Part shown: piece after piece, positions 1 through 9,579 of the stretch
Layout: every line of letters begins with the position of its first letter
Numbering within the stretch: position 1 is the stretch's first letter
Origin: a candidate division FCPU426 bacterium
GTDB lineage: Bacteria > Oederibacteriota > PGYV01 > Palsa-1178
Direction of reading: 5' to 3'
Length of the DNA: 64,000 nt
NCBI GenBank assembly: GCA_963840035.1
Contig: CAWIXE010000001.1
Span: 800,001-864,000, forward strand
Notes under the pieces: generated by a model
The model's database searches: none
What the model was told of the DNA's origin: nothing
Seen by the model: only the letters and a program-made list of their open reading frames with translations
Made by a program: the position numbers and the translations under genes

Positions 1-2748
1 AATATCATATATGAGATAAACCTCGACAGCGTCATTACTTCCTGGAACCGCGGGGCTGAGCGCCTCTACGGATGGCTGAAGAATGAGGCTGTGGGAAAGC
101 AGGCATATGAATTGTTCAGGACGGAGTTCCATTTAAAAATGTATAAATTTATAACTGAAACCATTAAAAACTACATATGGACCGGGGAACTCAGCCAGTA
201 TAAAAAAGACGGGTCAAAGATAACGGTGTCCAGCCACGCGATTTTGCGCAGGGACAGCGAGGGCAAGCCCGGAGGCATTATATTTGTAAATACCGATATA
301 ACTAAATTTAAGAACACAGAAGAAGAACTTAAAAAAAGCGAGGAAACTTTCGCGGTCACACTGAATTCAATAGGCGACGGGGTGCTGTCTACGGATTATA
401 ATGGGATAGTTTCATACTTAAATCCCGTGGCTGAAGACATGACTGGATGGACTAACAGACAGGCAGCAGGCAGGCCGGTGCTTGAAGTTTTCCGAATTAT
501 CAACCATGACACCCGCAAGACCTCGGCGTTACCGGTAAAAGACACACTTGAAAACGGGACCGTGCACGGTCTTGCCAATCATACCGTTCTTATATCACGC
601 AACGGCAAGGAATATGACATAGCTGATTCCTGCGCGCCGATACGCAACCGCGAGGGAAAGGTCATAGGTGCGGTGCTGGTATTCAGGGATGTCACTGACC
701 AGATGGCAAAAGAAGCGGCGCTTGAAAAAACACGCAAAGAACTCGCAATCACTAAAATAGCCGAAGACGCCGCGCGGGAATACGCGGAGTCACTGATTAA
801 TACCGTAAGGGAACCCATGATAGCCCTGGACCAGGATTTACGGGTGGTATCAGCTAGCCGCTCCTTTTATGAGTTCTTCAGGGTCAAGCCGGCGGATACT
901 GTCGGAAAGCTTATTTATAACCTCGGAAACAAACAATGGGATATACCTAAACTCAGAAAATTGCTTGAAACAATACTCCCGGAAAAGTCCACTTTTGATA
1001 ATTATGAGGTTGAACACGAATTCGCATATATCGGCAGACGGACAATGCTTTTGAACGCGCGGCAGATTCAGAGGGTGCTGGGCAAAGAACGCATCATCCT
1101 GCTGGCCATGGAGGATGTTACGCAGCGTACGGAGGCGGAATACCTGCTTGAAAGGATAAACCGTATTTTAAGGGCCATAAGCAATACCAATCAGGAACTG
1201 ATGCATGAAAAAGACGAGCAGGCATACATGGACAAGGTATGCAAAATAGCCGTAAAAGACTGCGGCCTTAAAATGGCGTGGGTTGGTTTTGCGGGAAATG
1301 ACGAAAAGAAATCCATAGTTCCGGTATCCAGATACGGCGTTGATGAAGGGTATTTTAAAAAAATAGACCTGACAATGGGTAACGGCAAGAGCGGGAGCAA
1401 TCCGGCATGCAGGGCTGCCCTGACAGGAAAAACCATAATTTGCCGAAATGTCATGACCGATTCTGCTTTCGCGCCATGGCGCGGCGAGGCAAAAAAACGC
1501 GGCTTTATGTCCATGATAGCGCTGCCTTTTAAGTCCATAAACAGGATCTTCGGAGTGTTTATGCTTTATTACCCGGAGCCCCAGCTGTTCCCGGATGCGG
1601 AAATAAAACTGCTCGAAGAGCTTGTATATGACCTCTCATACGGGATAATGCTTATCAGGATACGCGGCGAAAAACTCACGGCTGAGCAGGAAATAAAGAG
1701 AATAGCTGCGTTTCCAAAGCTTAACCCCAACCCGATAAGCGAAATAGACTCGACAGGCAGGATATATTACATAAACCCGGCATTCAGCAAACTATTCCCG
1801 GACGCTTCAAAAGAAACCCTGCTTCATCCGTGGTTTGAAGGCATAGACGCGATATTCCGCAGGCTCAAAGGCGGAAAGAAAAAAGTAATAAAGCGCGACA
1901 TAAAGGTAAACGAAAGTTATTTTCTTCAGTACATGGTATACATACCGGCGGAGGGGACCATCCGTACTTACGGCATAGACATAACCACGCGCAAGAACGC
2001 CGATGACGAGATAAAGAAGCTTTACGGGGAAATGGAAATAAAAGTGCAGCAGCGCACAACGGAACTGCTGGCCTCAAAACACCTGGCAGACATCGGCACG
2101 CTTGCGGCCACGGTGGCGCATGAGCTGAGGAACCCGCTTGGCATAATAAACCTCGCGACCTATAACCTGCGGAAAAAAGTCAAGGGCCCGGAAGTGTTAA
2201 AACACATCGTTAACATTGAAAAGAAAGTGGCTGAAAGCGTCCAGATAATAAACAACCTTCTGGTATACTCGAAGATGAAAATGCCGCAATTTGAAAAAAT
2301 AAGCCTGTATGAAATAATTAACGAGTGTGCCGGAAACGCAAAAAAACATTTCAGCAATAAAAGAATATTATTAAAAAAACACATCGGCACCATAAAAAGC
2401 GAGATGATGTGGGCGGACCAGCTGCAACTCAAAGAGGTTTTTACCAACCTGATTACGAACGCATACCAGGCCATGGACGGCAAAAAGGGGGCTGTAAGCA
2501 TACACGCCTCATTAATAAGCGGAAAACGGGTGAGCGTAAGCGTTAAGGATACCGGCGTCGGCATAAGCAGGGAAGATATGGGAAATATCTTCAAACCGTT
2601 TTTTACCCGCAAAACAAAGGGGACCGGGCTTGGGCTGGTAATATGCAGGGACATAATTGCCATGCATGACGGCTCAATAAACATAATAAGCAAGGAAGGA
2701 AAGGGAAGTACTTTTACAGTGACCCTGCCCTTAAGGCTGAAAAAATGA
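1..2748 (+). CDS. Multi-PAS/GAF sensor histidine kinase (5'-partial; frame open from base 1)
   Basis: Frame 1 reads NIIYEINLDSVITSWNRGAERLYGW (PAS motif) before the ORF-track start; further PAS domains, a GAF, H-box AHELRNP, N-box NLITNA, DTGVG and GTGLGL boxes. Confidence 0.93.
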   Translation, partial: NIIYEINLDSVITSWNRGAERLYGWLKNEAVGKQAYELFRTEFHLKMYKFITETIKNYIWTGELSQYKKDGSKITVSSHAILRRDSEGKPGGIIFVNTDITKFKNTEEELKKSEETFAVTLNSIGDGVLSTDYNGIVSYLNPVAEDMTGWTNRQAAGRPVLEVFRIINHDTRKTSALPVKDTLENGTVHGLANHTVLISRNGKEYDIADSCAPIRNREGKVIGAVLVFRDVTDQMAKEAALEKTRKELAITKIAEDAAREYAESLINTVREPMIALDQDLRVVSASRSFYEFFRVKPADTVGKLIYNLGNKQWDIPKLRKLLETILPEKSTFDNYEVEHEFAYIGRRTMLLNARQIQRVLGKERIILLAMEDVTQRTEAEYLLERINRILRAISNTNQELMHEKDEQAYMDKVCKIAVKDCGLKMAWVGFAGNDEKKSIVPVSRYGVDEGYFKKIDLTMGNGKSGSNPACRAALTGKTIICRNVMTDSAFAPWRGEAKKRGFMSMIALPFKSINRIFGVFMLYYPEPQLFPDAEIKLLEELVYDLSYGIMLIRIRGEKLTAEQEIKRIAAFPKLNPNPISEIDSTGRIYYINPAFSKLFPDASKETLLHPWFEGIDAIFRRLKGGKKKVIKRDIKVNESYFLQYMVYIPAEGTIRTYGIDITTRKNADDEIKKLYGEMEIKVQQRTTELLASKHLADIGTLAATVAHELRNPLGIINLATYNLRKKVKGPEVLKHIVNIEKKVAESVQIINNLLVYSKMKMPQFEKISLYEIINECAGNAKKHFSNKRILLKKHIGTIKSEMMWADQLQLKEVFTNLITNAYQAMDGKKGAVSIHASLISGKRVSVSVKDTGVGISREDMGNIFKPFFTRKTKGTGLGLVICRDIIAMHDGSINIISKEGKGSTFTVTLPLRLKK

Positions 2749-3143
2749 GCGCAAAAAAAATCCTGATCGCGGATGACGAGCCTGAAATGAGGGAAGAACT
2801 CGCGGCGATACTTAAAGATGAAGGATACGAAGTTTTACAGGCGGCAGACGGTAAAGCTGCCTTAAAGTCGATCAAAAAAAATAAAATTGACCTGCTGCTT
2901 CTTGACCTGAAAATGCCGGTAATGACGGGCTTTGAAGTCTTAAAAGAATTGAACGCAAAAAAAATCAGGATGAAAACCATAGTATTAACCGGAAGCATAC
3001 TTGGGACGACGCTTCCGGACGAAAAAGACATAACCCACAGCGAAAAAATGAGGGTTTTGAAATTCGCGGACCTTATAATGAACAAGCCTTTCGATATAGT
3101 AAAATTAATGGCAAAAATAAAATATTATACCTCCCGAAACTGA
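2745..3143 (+). CDS. Single-domain response regulator
   Basis: ILIADDE, LLDLKMP (phospho-Asp), KPF; 4-bp overlap with kinase stop. Confidence 0.92.
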   Translation: MSAKKILIADDEPEMREELAAILKDEGYEVLQAADGKAALKSIKKNKIDLLLLDLKMPVMTGFEVLKELNAKKIRMKTIVLTGSILGTTLPDEKDITHSEKMRVLKFADLIMNKPFDIVKLMAKIKYYTSRN

Positions 3144-3171
3144 GCAGCCGCGCCACCCGCTATTTATTACC

Positions 3172-3285
3172 TGTAATTGCGGGGAGCCGTATTTGAATTA
3201 TGGCAGCGAAGCTATCCTGTTTTAGTCTTTTAATGCTTCACGATTGTTTCGCCGTTATAGAACAAATGCGCCTTCTCGCAACAAC
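3172..3285 (-). repeat. Degenerate inverted copy of the GTCATTGCGAGGAG...CTCGCAATGAC palindromic element
   Basis: gtaattgcggggagccg..atggcagcgaagctatc and gattgtttcgccg..agaacaaatgcgccttctcgcaa align with the reverse complement of the copies at 33969, 38421 and 49869. Confidence 0.65.
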
Positions 3286-3447
3286 TTTGCAAAACGGCAA
3301 GTATCAAACCTGATTAAAACAGCGATACCCCCGAGTCAAATCACATAAAGACAATAAATCCATACCCCTGTCATTTTCCATATACTGCCCTGTTGAAATA
3401 AGTCTATAAACGGGGGATTGCCGGCATACCTAATTTTCAGGCTGTTG

Positions 3448-3466
3448 TGTATGCTTGTAATACAAA
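3448..3466 (+). promoter_or_regulatory. Motif TGTATGCTTGTAATACAAA (palindrome TTGTA-W-TACAA) before DUF2934-like gene
   Basis: 17/19 identical to 27398-27416, same position relative to a homologous small gene. Confidence 0.6.
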
Positions 3467-3483
3467 AGAAGGACAGGTGTAAC

Positions 3484-3669
3484 GTGGATAAAAAAAAGGG
3501 AGTTAATACGGCATTGAAACGCGTGATAAATGTCATGCCGGAAAAGCCTTGGGGCAAGCTTGAAAGAGCAAGGGAATATGCCTTTTCGCTTTATGAAAAA
3601 AGGGGGTATGTGCTCGGCAATGAGTTAAAGGTCTGGCTTGAGGCTGAAAGAAAAATAAAAAAAGGCTGA
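3484..3669 (+). CDS. DUF2934-like small protein
   Basis: AREYAFSLYEKRG..GNELKVWLEAE fits the AY..(W/Y)E..G...G.....WL.AE pattern; GTG start after GAAGGACAGG; start uncertain. Confidence 0.65.
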   Translation: MDKKKGVNTALKRVINVMPEKPWGKLERAREYAFSLYEKRGYVLGNELKVWLEAERKIKKG

Positions 3670-3783
3670 AAGTCCGATAGATGAAAATCTTTAAAACGAT
3701 ACTTAGAAATGGAAAAAGGCGGAAAACTGAAGCTGAAAGGCTGATACGGGCCGCTTAAAAATGAAAGATCCGGGAGGATTAAA

Positions 3784-4674
3784 ATGAAAACAACAGGAAA
3801 AAGATTTGTAATCTGGATGCTGCCGCTGCTGGCTTTAGCGGCAATGATGGCAATGCCGGCGTGCAAAAATTCGCCGACAGCTCCGCAGAACACGCCGGTT
3901 ACTACTCGCACGGTGACAATTACAGCTACCATGACAAGTACGATGGACAGCACGGCAACCGCAACAGCTACTGCAACGCAGACATCAACCGCAGTTATTG
4001 GGCAGCTTGGAGTAAACTTAAGGACTTCCGCGCGTTTTGCCGTTTTATCAGGAACATCAATAGATGACATCCCCACTTCGGCTATTACAGGCGATGTAGG
4101 CGTAAGTTCAGGCGCAAGGTCGACTATAGTAGGGTTACTTGACGGAGACGGACAGGTTGACGCTTTGCACGCGATATACGCCTTTGACGACATATCACCC
4201 GCAGGAGTGCCTGCAATGCTGACACAGGCTTTTAACGACGCGACAGCGGCGTATCTTGACGCGACTGATTCGGCACGCGGAACACCGGCGCCGGTTTCAG
4301 GCAACTTAAACGGGCTGACACTCTATCCGGGGCTCTATGAATCATCATCTTCAATTGAAATATCAGCGGCAGGATTCCTGTATCTTGACGCTCAGGGCGA
4401 CAGCAACGCTGTATTTATCATCCGCAGCGCGACATCGATTACCACATCAAGCACCAGCGAAGTGGTCCTGGCCGGAAACGCGCAGGCAAAGAACATCTAT
4501 TGGACTGCGGGTTCAGCAGTGACCCTTGGCACGAACTCCATAATGAAAGGCACAATCTTAGCCGGCACCGCAATTACCCTTCAGACAGGCTCAAGGCTTG
4601 ACGGGAGGGCATTGGTTCAGAGCGCGGCCGCGGCAAAGATTTCATTAGATACAAGCACGATCGTATTACCATAA
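3784..4674 (+). CDS. DUF3494 ice-binding-family lipoprotein with Thr-rich linker
   Basis: Lipobox-like MPAC; FAVLSG, TGDVGVS, LNGLTLYPGLY, LDAQGDSNAVFI, GNAQAKNIYW, LDGRAL; GGAGG RBS. Confidence 0.9.
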   Translation: MKTTGKRFVIWMLPLLALAAMMAMPACKNSPTAPQNTPVTTRTVTITATMTSTMDSTATATATATQTSTAVIGQLGVNLRTSARFAVLSGTSIDDIPTSAITGDVGVSSGARSTIVGLLDGDGQVDALHAIYAFDDISPAGVPAMLTQAFNDATAAYLDATDSARGTPAPVSGNLNGLTLYPGLYESSSSIEISAAGFLYLDAQGDSNAVFIIRSATSITTSSTSEVVLAGNAQAKNIYWTAGSAVTLGTNSIMKGTILAGTAITLQTGSRLDGRALVQSAAAAKISLDTSTIVLP

Positions 4675-4687
4675 AGAAGAGTGATGA

Positions 4688-4710
4688 AGCCGGGGCATAA
4701 AGCCCCGGCT
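4688..4710 (+). other. GC-rich intergenic stem-loop after IBP gene 1
   Basis: AGCCGGGGC-ATAAA-GCCCCGGCT, only a short T run. Confidence 0.7.
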
Positions 4711-4730
4711 ATTTAAAAAGGAGACAAAAA

Positions 4731-5759
4731 ATGAAAAACATCTTTAAATTTATGCTCGTCGCGCTGGTACCTTTCATCGCGATAGCGGGCTGTTCAAAAA
4801 GGCAGGGCATAACGTACCCCGTTACAACACCGGGGATTACAGCTTCAAGGACAAACACGCCGGTTATAATAAACACATCGACGTTTACCAAAACAGCCAC
4901 AAGGACGCCGGTGTATACATCCACGGCGACGAAGACAAACACACAGGTTGTGGTGAATTCATCAACATCAACGGCTACTGTAACTGAGACATCAACGGGA
5001 ATATCAACAGCAACATCAACGGCGACAGCTACACAGACAGCGACAAATATCGCGGCGGCAATGGCCACCGCAATAGGCGGCATAGCGCAGCCGACAGTAG
5101 CCCTTGGCACATCAGCGCGTTTTGCTGTAATGTCAAATCAGGACCTGACCAACATACCTTCCAGTTCGATTTTCGGGGATGTTGGCATTAGCCCGGGATT
5201 AAGGTCAAATATAGTGGCATTAATTGACGGCGACGGGCAGGTTGACGGGACACACGCCATATACGCGGCTGACGACTTAACTCCTCCTGGAGTAGCCGCA
5301 ATGCTGATACAGGCTTATGACGACGCTGTGGCAGCTTACGGCGACGCTGTAAACGCCTCGCGCGGAACGCCTACCTCGATTTCAGGAGATATAAACGGGC
5401 TGACTCTGGCGCCGGGACTTTATGAATCAGGCTCATCCATTGAAATATCGCCTGGCGGAAAACTTTACTTAGACGGCCTTGGCGATTTAAACGCCGTATG
5501 GGTGATACGCAGCGCTACTTCAATCACAACAGAAAGCACCAGCGAGGTAATCCTCGCGGGCGGCGCGCAGGCAAAGAACATTTTCTGGGTGGCCGGTTCT
5601 ACAATTACACTCGGGACAAACTCAATCATGAAAGGCACGCTTATCGCGAGTTCTTCGATATCGCTGCTTAACATGGCTGACTTAAACGGCAGGGCGATCA
5701 TTCAGAGCGCGGCAGCCGGACAGATATCTTTAAGCCAGAACATCATAGTCCTTCCGTAA
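4731..5759 (+). CDS. DUF3494 ice-binding-family lipoprotein with long Thr-rich linker
   Basis: Lipobox IAGC; GDVGISPG, NGLTLAPGLY, GGAQAKNIFWVAGS; close paralogue of 3784-4674. Confidence 0.9.
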   Translation: MKNIFKFMLVALVPFIAIAGCSKRQGITYPVTTPGITASRTNTPVIINTSTFTKTATRTPVYTSTATKTNTQVVVNSSTSTATVTETSTGISTATSTATATQTATNIAAAMATAIGGIAQPTVALGTSARFAVMSNQDLTNIPSSSIFGDVGISPGLRSNIVALIDGDGQVDGTHAIYAADDLTPPGVAAMLIQAYDDAVAAYGDAVNASRGTPTSISGDINGLTLAPGLYESGSSIEISPGGKLYLDGLGDLNAVWVIRSATSITTESTSEVILAGGAQAKNIFWVAGSTITLGTNSIMKGTLIASSSISLLNMADLNGRAIIQSAAAGQISLSQNIIVLP

Positions 5760-5768
5760 GAATAACGA

Positions 5769-5799
5769 TCCGGGCAGGGCAATAAAAACCCTGCCCGGA
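5769..5799 (+). other. GC-rich intergenic stem-loop after IBP gene 2
   Basis: TCCGGGCAGGG-9nt-CCCTGCCCGGA, no U-tract. Confidence 0.7.
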
Positions 5800-5819
5800 A
5801 TCAAAAAAGGAGATAAAAA

Positions 5820-6887
5820 ATGAAAAAGATCATGATAATGCTCGCGCTTTTGTTAACCGCCGGTATCGGAGCGGCGCAGACGCAGTTAACCACGGAAAGC
5901 TGGGCAGTAGGAGGCGGTTTAAGCTATCCCAGATACGCTTCCATCAACATAGACGCGCTTAACACAAACATAGGCGCCTACCTTTCAATACAGCGCAATT
6001 TCACTGAGCACCTCGGATTAAGGCTTAAGGCGGGATATTCCTACATGGAAGGCCAGTACACTAACGGTTCGCTTGAAGTTATCAACCAGGCAACGGGATT
6101 GATAACCGGAGATCTTGATGTGCTGTTTTACCCTGTACCGTGTGAACCGGTTTCGCCGTATTTATTTGCCGGGGCCGGCGGAAATTTCAAAATGATTAAA
6201 AATCCGCAGACTGTCATTGAAGACGCGGCAAAAGCAGGAGCGCAGTTAAACCTGGGAGCGGGAGTGGATTTCAGCCTTACTTCAGACCTTAATCTTGTCG
6301 GGGAGTTTGGATATCACATAACTGACGGTTCATCCCTTGAAGGCACAATAGTCCCGGGAGAGGTAAGCGCCCAGGACACGTATCTTGCTTTCACCATCGG
6401 GGTGAATTATCTTTTTGGAAAAGGCGCGGAGTCAAAGCTATGCGCACCCGGAATTGTTTCCGAAGGCGGCGGAGTAACCCAGGCAATGAAGGACAGAATT
6501 AACTACAACAGCAGGGTCATAGACAAGTATGTGCTCTCCATTGCCAATGACAAACTTGTACTGACAGGCGTGAATTTTGAATTCAATAAATCAATCCTGA
6601 CGCCGGAATCCGATGATACGCTCGATAAAACCGTAAAGATCCTGAAGGACAAACCTTCAATAAAGGTTGAGATACGCGGATACACCGATTCTGAAGGAAG
6701 CAATGACTATAATGTAGGCCTTTCCCTGGACAGGGCTAAAGCTGTAAGGAACCATTTAATATCCAAGGGCATAGACGCAAACAGGCTCACAACGGTCAGC
6801 ATGGGGCAAACTGGCTCGGTGTATGACAATAAGACGGAAGAAGGCAGGGAAATGAACAGGAAAGTGGTTTTAAGGATAATAAAATAA
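5820..6887 (+). CDS. OmpA-family protein (N-terminal beta-barrel + peptidoglycan-binding domain)
   Basis: Signal peptide; VNFEFNKS, GYTDSEG, NVGLSLDRAKAV, NRKV. Confidence 0.92.
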   Translation: MKKIMIMLALLLTAGIGAAQTQLTTESWAVGGGLSYPRYASINIDALNTNIGAYLSIQRNFTEHLGLRLKAGYSYMEGQYTNGSLEVINQATGLITGDLDVLFYPVPCEPVSPYLFAGAGGNFKMIKNPQTVIEDAAKAGAQLNLGAGVDFSLTSDLNLVGEFGYHITDGSSLEGTIVPGEVSAQDTYLAFTIGVNYLFGKGAESKLCAPGIVSEGGGVTQAMKDRINYNSRVIDKYVLSIANDKLVLTGVNFEFNKSILTPESDDTLDKTVKILKDKPSIKVEIRGYTDSEGSNDYNVGLSLDRAKAVRNHLISKGIDANRLTTVSMGQTGSVYDNKTEEGREMNRKVVLRIIK

Positions 6888-6912
6888 GGATATAAAAAAA
6901 TGGAGGAATAAA

Positions 6913-7713
6913 ATGAAAAAGATAATTCTATCTGTAGTATGCATTCTCTCGCTCTTTTCCCTTAACTTACTATCTCAGGGATGCTCAAAAGCAAGCCCGG
7001 CGTCGCCGGCAGCAACAGCAATACCCACGCCGATTGCCACAGCAGTGGGCGCCGTTGCGCAGGCAACGGTAGTCCTTGGATCGTCTTCAGCGTACGCGAT
7101 ACTTTCAAACTCGGCCATAACCAACATTCCGACTTCATCAATACTTGGTGATGTAGGCATAAGCCCGGGCGCGAGGGTGGATATAGCGGGATTGACCAAT
7201 CCGGAAGTAACAGGAACGATTTACGCATCGGATGACTCAGCGCCGGTGGCCACCATGCTGACCGAAGCTAAAACCGCCGCGTTAAACGCATACAACGACG
7301 CTGTAAACGCAGGACGCGGAACCCCGACGTCAATCGCCGGCAATCTGAACGGCCTGACGCTGGCACCCGGACTTTATGAGTCAGGTTCTTCAATTGAAAT
7401 ATCGCCGGGCGGCATGCTCTATTTAGACGGCGGCGGCGACTCTAACGCCGTATATGTATTCCGCAGCGCGACATCCATCACTACCGAAAGCACCAGCCAG
7501 GTAATACTTGCAGGCGGCACGCAGGCAAAAAACATTTTCTGGGTGGCAGGTTCGGCAATAACGCTGGGAACAAACTGCGTAATGAAAGGCACGTTAATCG
7601 CGGGCACTTCAATATCATGCCTGACAGGCTCGAGGCTTGACGGCAGGGCGCTGGTACAGGGCGCGGCCGCGGGACAGGTTTCATTGGACCATACAACAAT
7701 AGTAAAACCGTAG
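6913..7713 (+). CDS. DUF3494 ice-binding-family lipoprotein
   Basis: SQGC lipobox-like; same DUF3494 motifs (LAPGLY, AKNIFWVAGSA, LDGRAL). Confidence 0.9.
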   Translation: MKKIILSVVCILSLFSLNLLSQGCSKASPASPAATAIPTPIATAVGAVAQATVVLGSSSAYAILSNSAITNIPTSSILGDVGISPGARVDIAGLTNPEVTGTIYASDDSAPVATMLTEAKTAALNAYNDAVNAGRGTPTSIAGNLNGLTLAPGLYESGSSIEISPGGMLYLDGGGDSNAVYVFRSATSITTESTSQVILAGGTQAKNIFWVAGSAITLGTNCVMKGTLIAGTSISCLTGSRLDGRALVQGAAAGQVSLDHTTIVKP

Positions 7714-7720
7714 TAAAAAC

Positions 7721-7750
7721 AGCCGGACGGGATAATAATTCCGCCCGGCT
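7721..7750 (+). other. GC-rich intergenic stem-loop after IBP gene 3
   Basis: AGCCGGACGGGA-TAATAA-TTCCGCCCGGCT followed by an A-run. Confidence 0.65.
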
Positions 7751-7771
7751 AAAAAAAATGGAGAAAAACAA

Positions 7772-8521
7772 ATGAAAAAATTTTTAACAGCAGCCTTAAT
7801 GCTTTTCGCTTTAGTCTCAGTGGTATCAGCGGAAGACGCAAAAAAAGACCCGTTTCAGACCATCCGCCTCGGGCTTGAAGTGGATTACACAATGCCGGCG
7901 ATGGAACAGGTCAATGCCCAGCTAAACGACGGCGGGGACAAAGTAACCACAATAGGCCCGGCAATCGGCGCAATGCTGAGCCTGGATGTGGCGCCTGCGC
8001 CTTTCATAATGGCCGGGGCAAGGCTTGGATATATATACTGCATGCCGGGAAGCGCGGAATACCTTTTTGGAACAATAAAGGCTACAGCCAACGCGTCATT
8101 AATTCCGGTAGAGCTTGGTATCAGCACGAATTTTGAACTGCTTTCAACACCGCTTTCCATCATGGGAGGCATATACGGCGGCTATGGCTTTGCTATGGCA
8201 TCCAATAAACTGGATTATGACGTACTCGGAGTCACCGCAAGTTCAACGCAGAATTATGACGGGTCAGGCTTCGTCGGCGAGTTTATAGCGTCCATCAATT
8301 ACAAGCTTGTGTCAGGGGTATCAATAAACTTAAACGGCGGTTACAGGCTGGCTAAGATCCTGCAGCTGAAACAGTCCGCGGATGTGACCTACACGGATTC
8401 ACTCGGCATAGACCACACGGCGGGCGCGAAGGGCGACGTACTTAAGGATAACTCCAATAACGACCTTGCTTATGATTTCAGCGGGTTCAATATCGGCATA
8501 GGGGCAAGCGTAGGGTTCTAA
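7772..8521 (+). CDS. Outer-membrane beta-barrel protein
   Basis: Signal peptide, alternating Gly/aromatic strands, C-terminal FNIGIGASVGF beta-signal. Confidence 0.75.
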   Translation: MKKFLTAALMLFALVSVVSAEDAKKDPFQTIRLGLEVDYTMPAMEQVNAQLNDGGDKVTTIGPAIGAMLSLDVAPAPFIMAGARLGYIYCMPGSAEYLFGTIKATANASLIPVELGISTNFELLSTPLSIMGGIYGGYGFAMASNKLDYDVLGVTASSTQNYDGSGFVGEFIASINYKLVSGVSINLNGGYRLAKILQLKQSADVTYTDSLGIDHTAGAKGDVLKDNSNNDLAYDFSGFNIGIGASVGF

Positions 8522-8584
8522 TGGACAGCATGAGACTTTAAAAGGCCCGCAGGAAAAGCCGGCCTAAAAAACAGGAGATATAAA

Positions 8585-8770
8585 ATGAACGCGCTTACTA
8601 TAAAAGGCAACTGGAAGGAAATGGCAGGAAGGCTCAAGCAGCAGTTCGCGAACTTAACCGATGACGACCTTTTGTTCGCCGAAGGAAAAGAAGAGGAACT
8701 GCTCGGCAGGCTTGAAAAAAAACTCGGCAAAACAAAGGAAGACGTACGCAGTTTGATTGAAAAGCTCTAA
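8585..8770 (+). CDS. CsbD/YjbJ-family general stress protein
   Basis: KGNWKEMAGRLKQQFANLTDDDL..EGK.EEL.G.L pattern; AGGAG RBS. Confidence 0.92.
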   Translation: MNALTIKGNWKEMAGRLKQQFANLTDDDLLFAEGKEEELLGRLEKKLGKTKEDVRSLIEKL

Positions 8771-8826
8771 ACACTCACGGCCCCGCGCCATTGACGGCGC
8801 GGGGCAATAAAAACAAGGGGATAAAA

Positions 8827-9291
8827 ATGAAAAAAATATTTGTTGCTGTAATTATGCTCTTTTTTATCGCGGCAGTTCCGACATCCGCGCAGGCCATGGA
8901 CGGGATCGGGTTATACGGAAATCTTGCCGGCAATGGCACGGGCGCCGGAGGCGGAGCCGGGCTTACTTTAAGATACGGATCTTTCCCGGTAATCGGGCTT
9001 GAGTGGAACTTTATGCCGCATTCATCGGTTATAGGGGCCAGCCTGGACGCGTGGATTGTCAATGACAGGATAGCGGAGAGGCTCTCTTACTATGTCGGAA
9101 TCGGCGGATACGCGGCCATTTCAGCTCCGGCTCCGAACGTATTTAACTTCGGGGGCAGGGTGCCGCTCGGGCTCCAGTTTTTCCCGGCAGACCCTTTTGA
9201 ACTGTTCCTAGAACTCTCACCCATGGTGATATTCCTTCCGACTATTGACTGGACCGTGTCAGTCAGGCTCGGATTCAGAATACTATACTAA
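8827..9291 (+). CDS. Small outer-membrane beta-barrel protein (DUF3996-like)
   Basis: Signal peptide; YYVGIGG, GGRVPLGL, ELFLELSP, C-terminal LGFRILY. Confidence 0.7.
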   Translation: MKKIFVAVIMLFFIAAVPTSAQAMDGIGLYGNLAGNGTGAGGGAGLTLRYGSFPVIGLEWNFMPHSSVIGASLDAWIVNDRIAERLSYYVGIGGYAAISAPAPNVFNFGGRVPLGLQFFPADPFELFLELSPMVIFLPTIDWTVSVRLGFRILY

Positions 9292-9294
9292 ACC

Positions 9295-9474
9295 ATGAAA
9301 ATTATAATCAAGGAGAAAAAAGTTATAAACACCCTGTTTGTCGTTGGAATGATCCTTCTGATACTCTGGATACTTGGGATAATAACATCATATACCATGG
9401 GTGGAGGAATACATGTAATGCTCGCCCTGGCGGTTATTTTTATTGTTGTCTGGCTCATGACGGGCCGCAAGTAA
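9295..9474 (+). CDS. lmo0937-family small membrane protein (59 aa, absent from ORF track)
   Basis: Translates ...ILLILWILGIITSYTMGGGIHVMLALAVIFIVVWLMTGRK; family signature W.LG....YT.GG.IH. Confidence 0.85.
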   Translation: MKIIIKEKKVINTLFVVGMILLILWILGIITSYTMGGGIHVMLALAVIFIVVWLMTGRK

Positions 9475-9579
9475 TATATTCCGGCGCGCTGCCGCATAAA
9501 AGGCTGCGCGCCCCGGACTCATAATTGAATTCTAAACAGAAATGGCGCGGAACAGCCGCGTGAGTATAAGGGGGAAATA

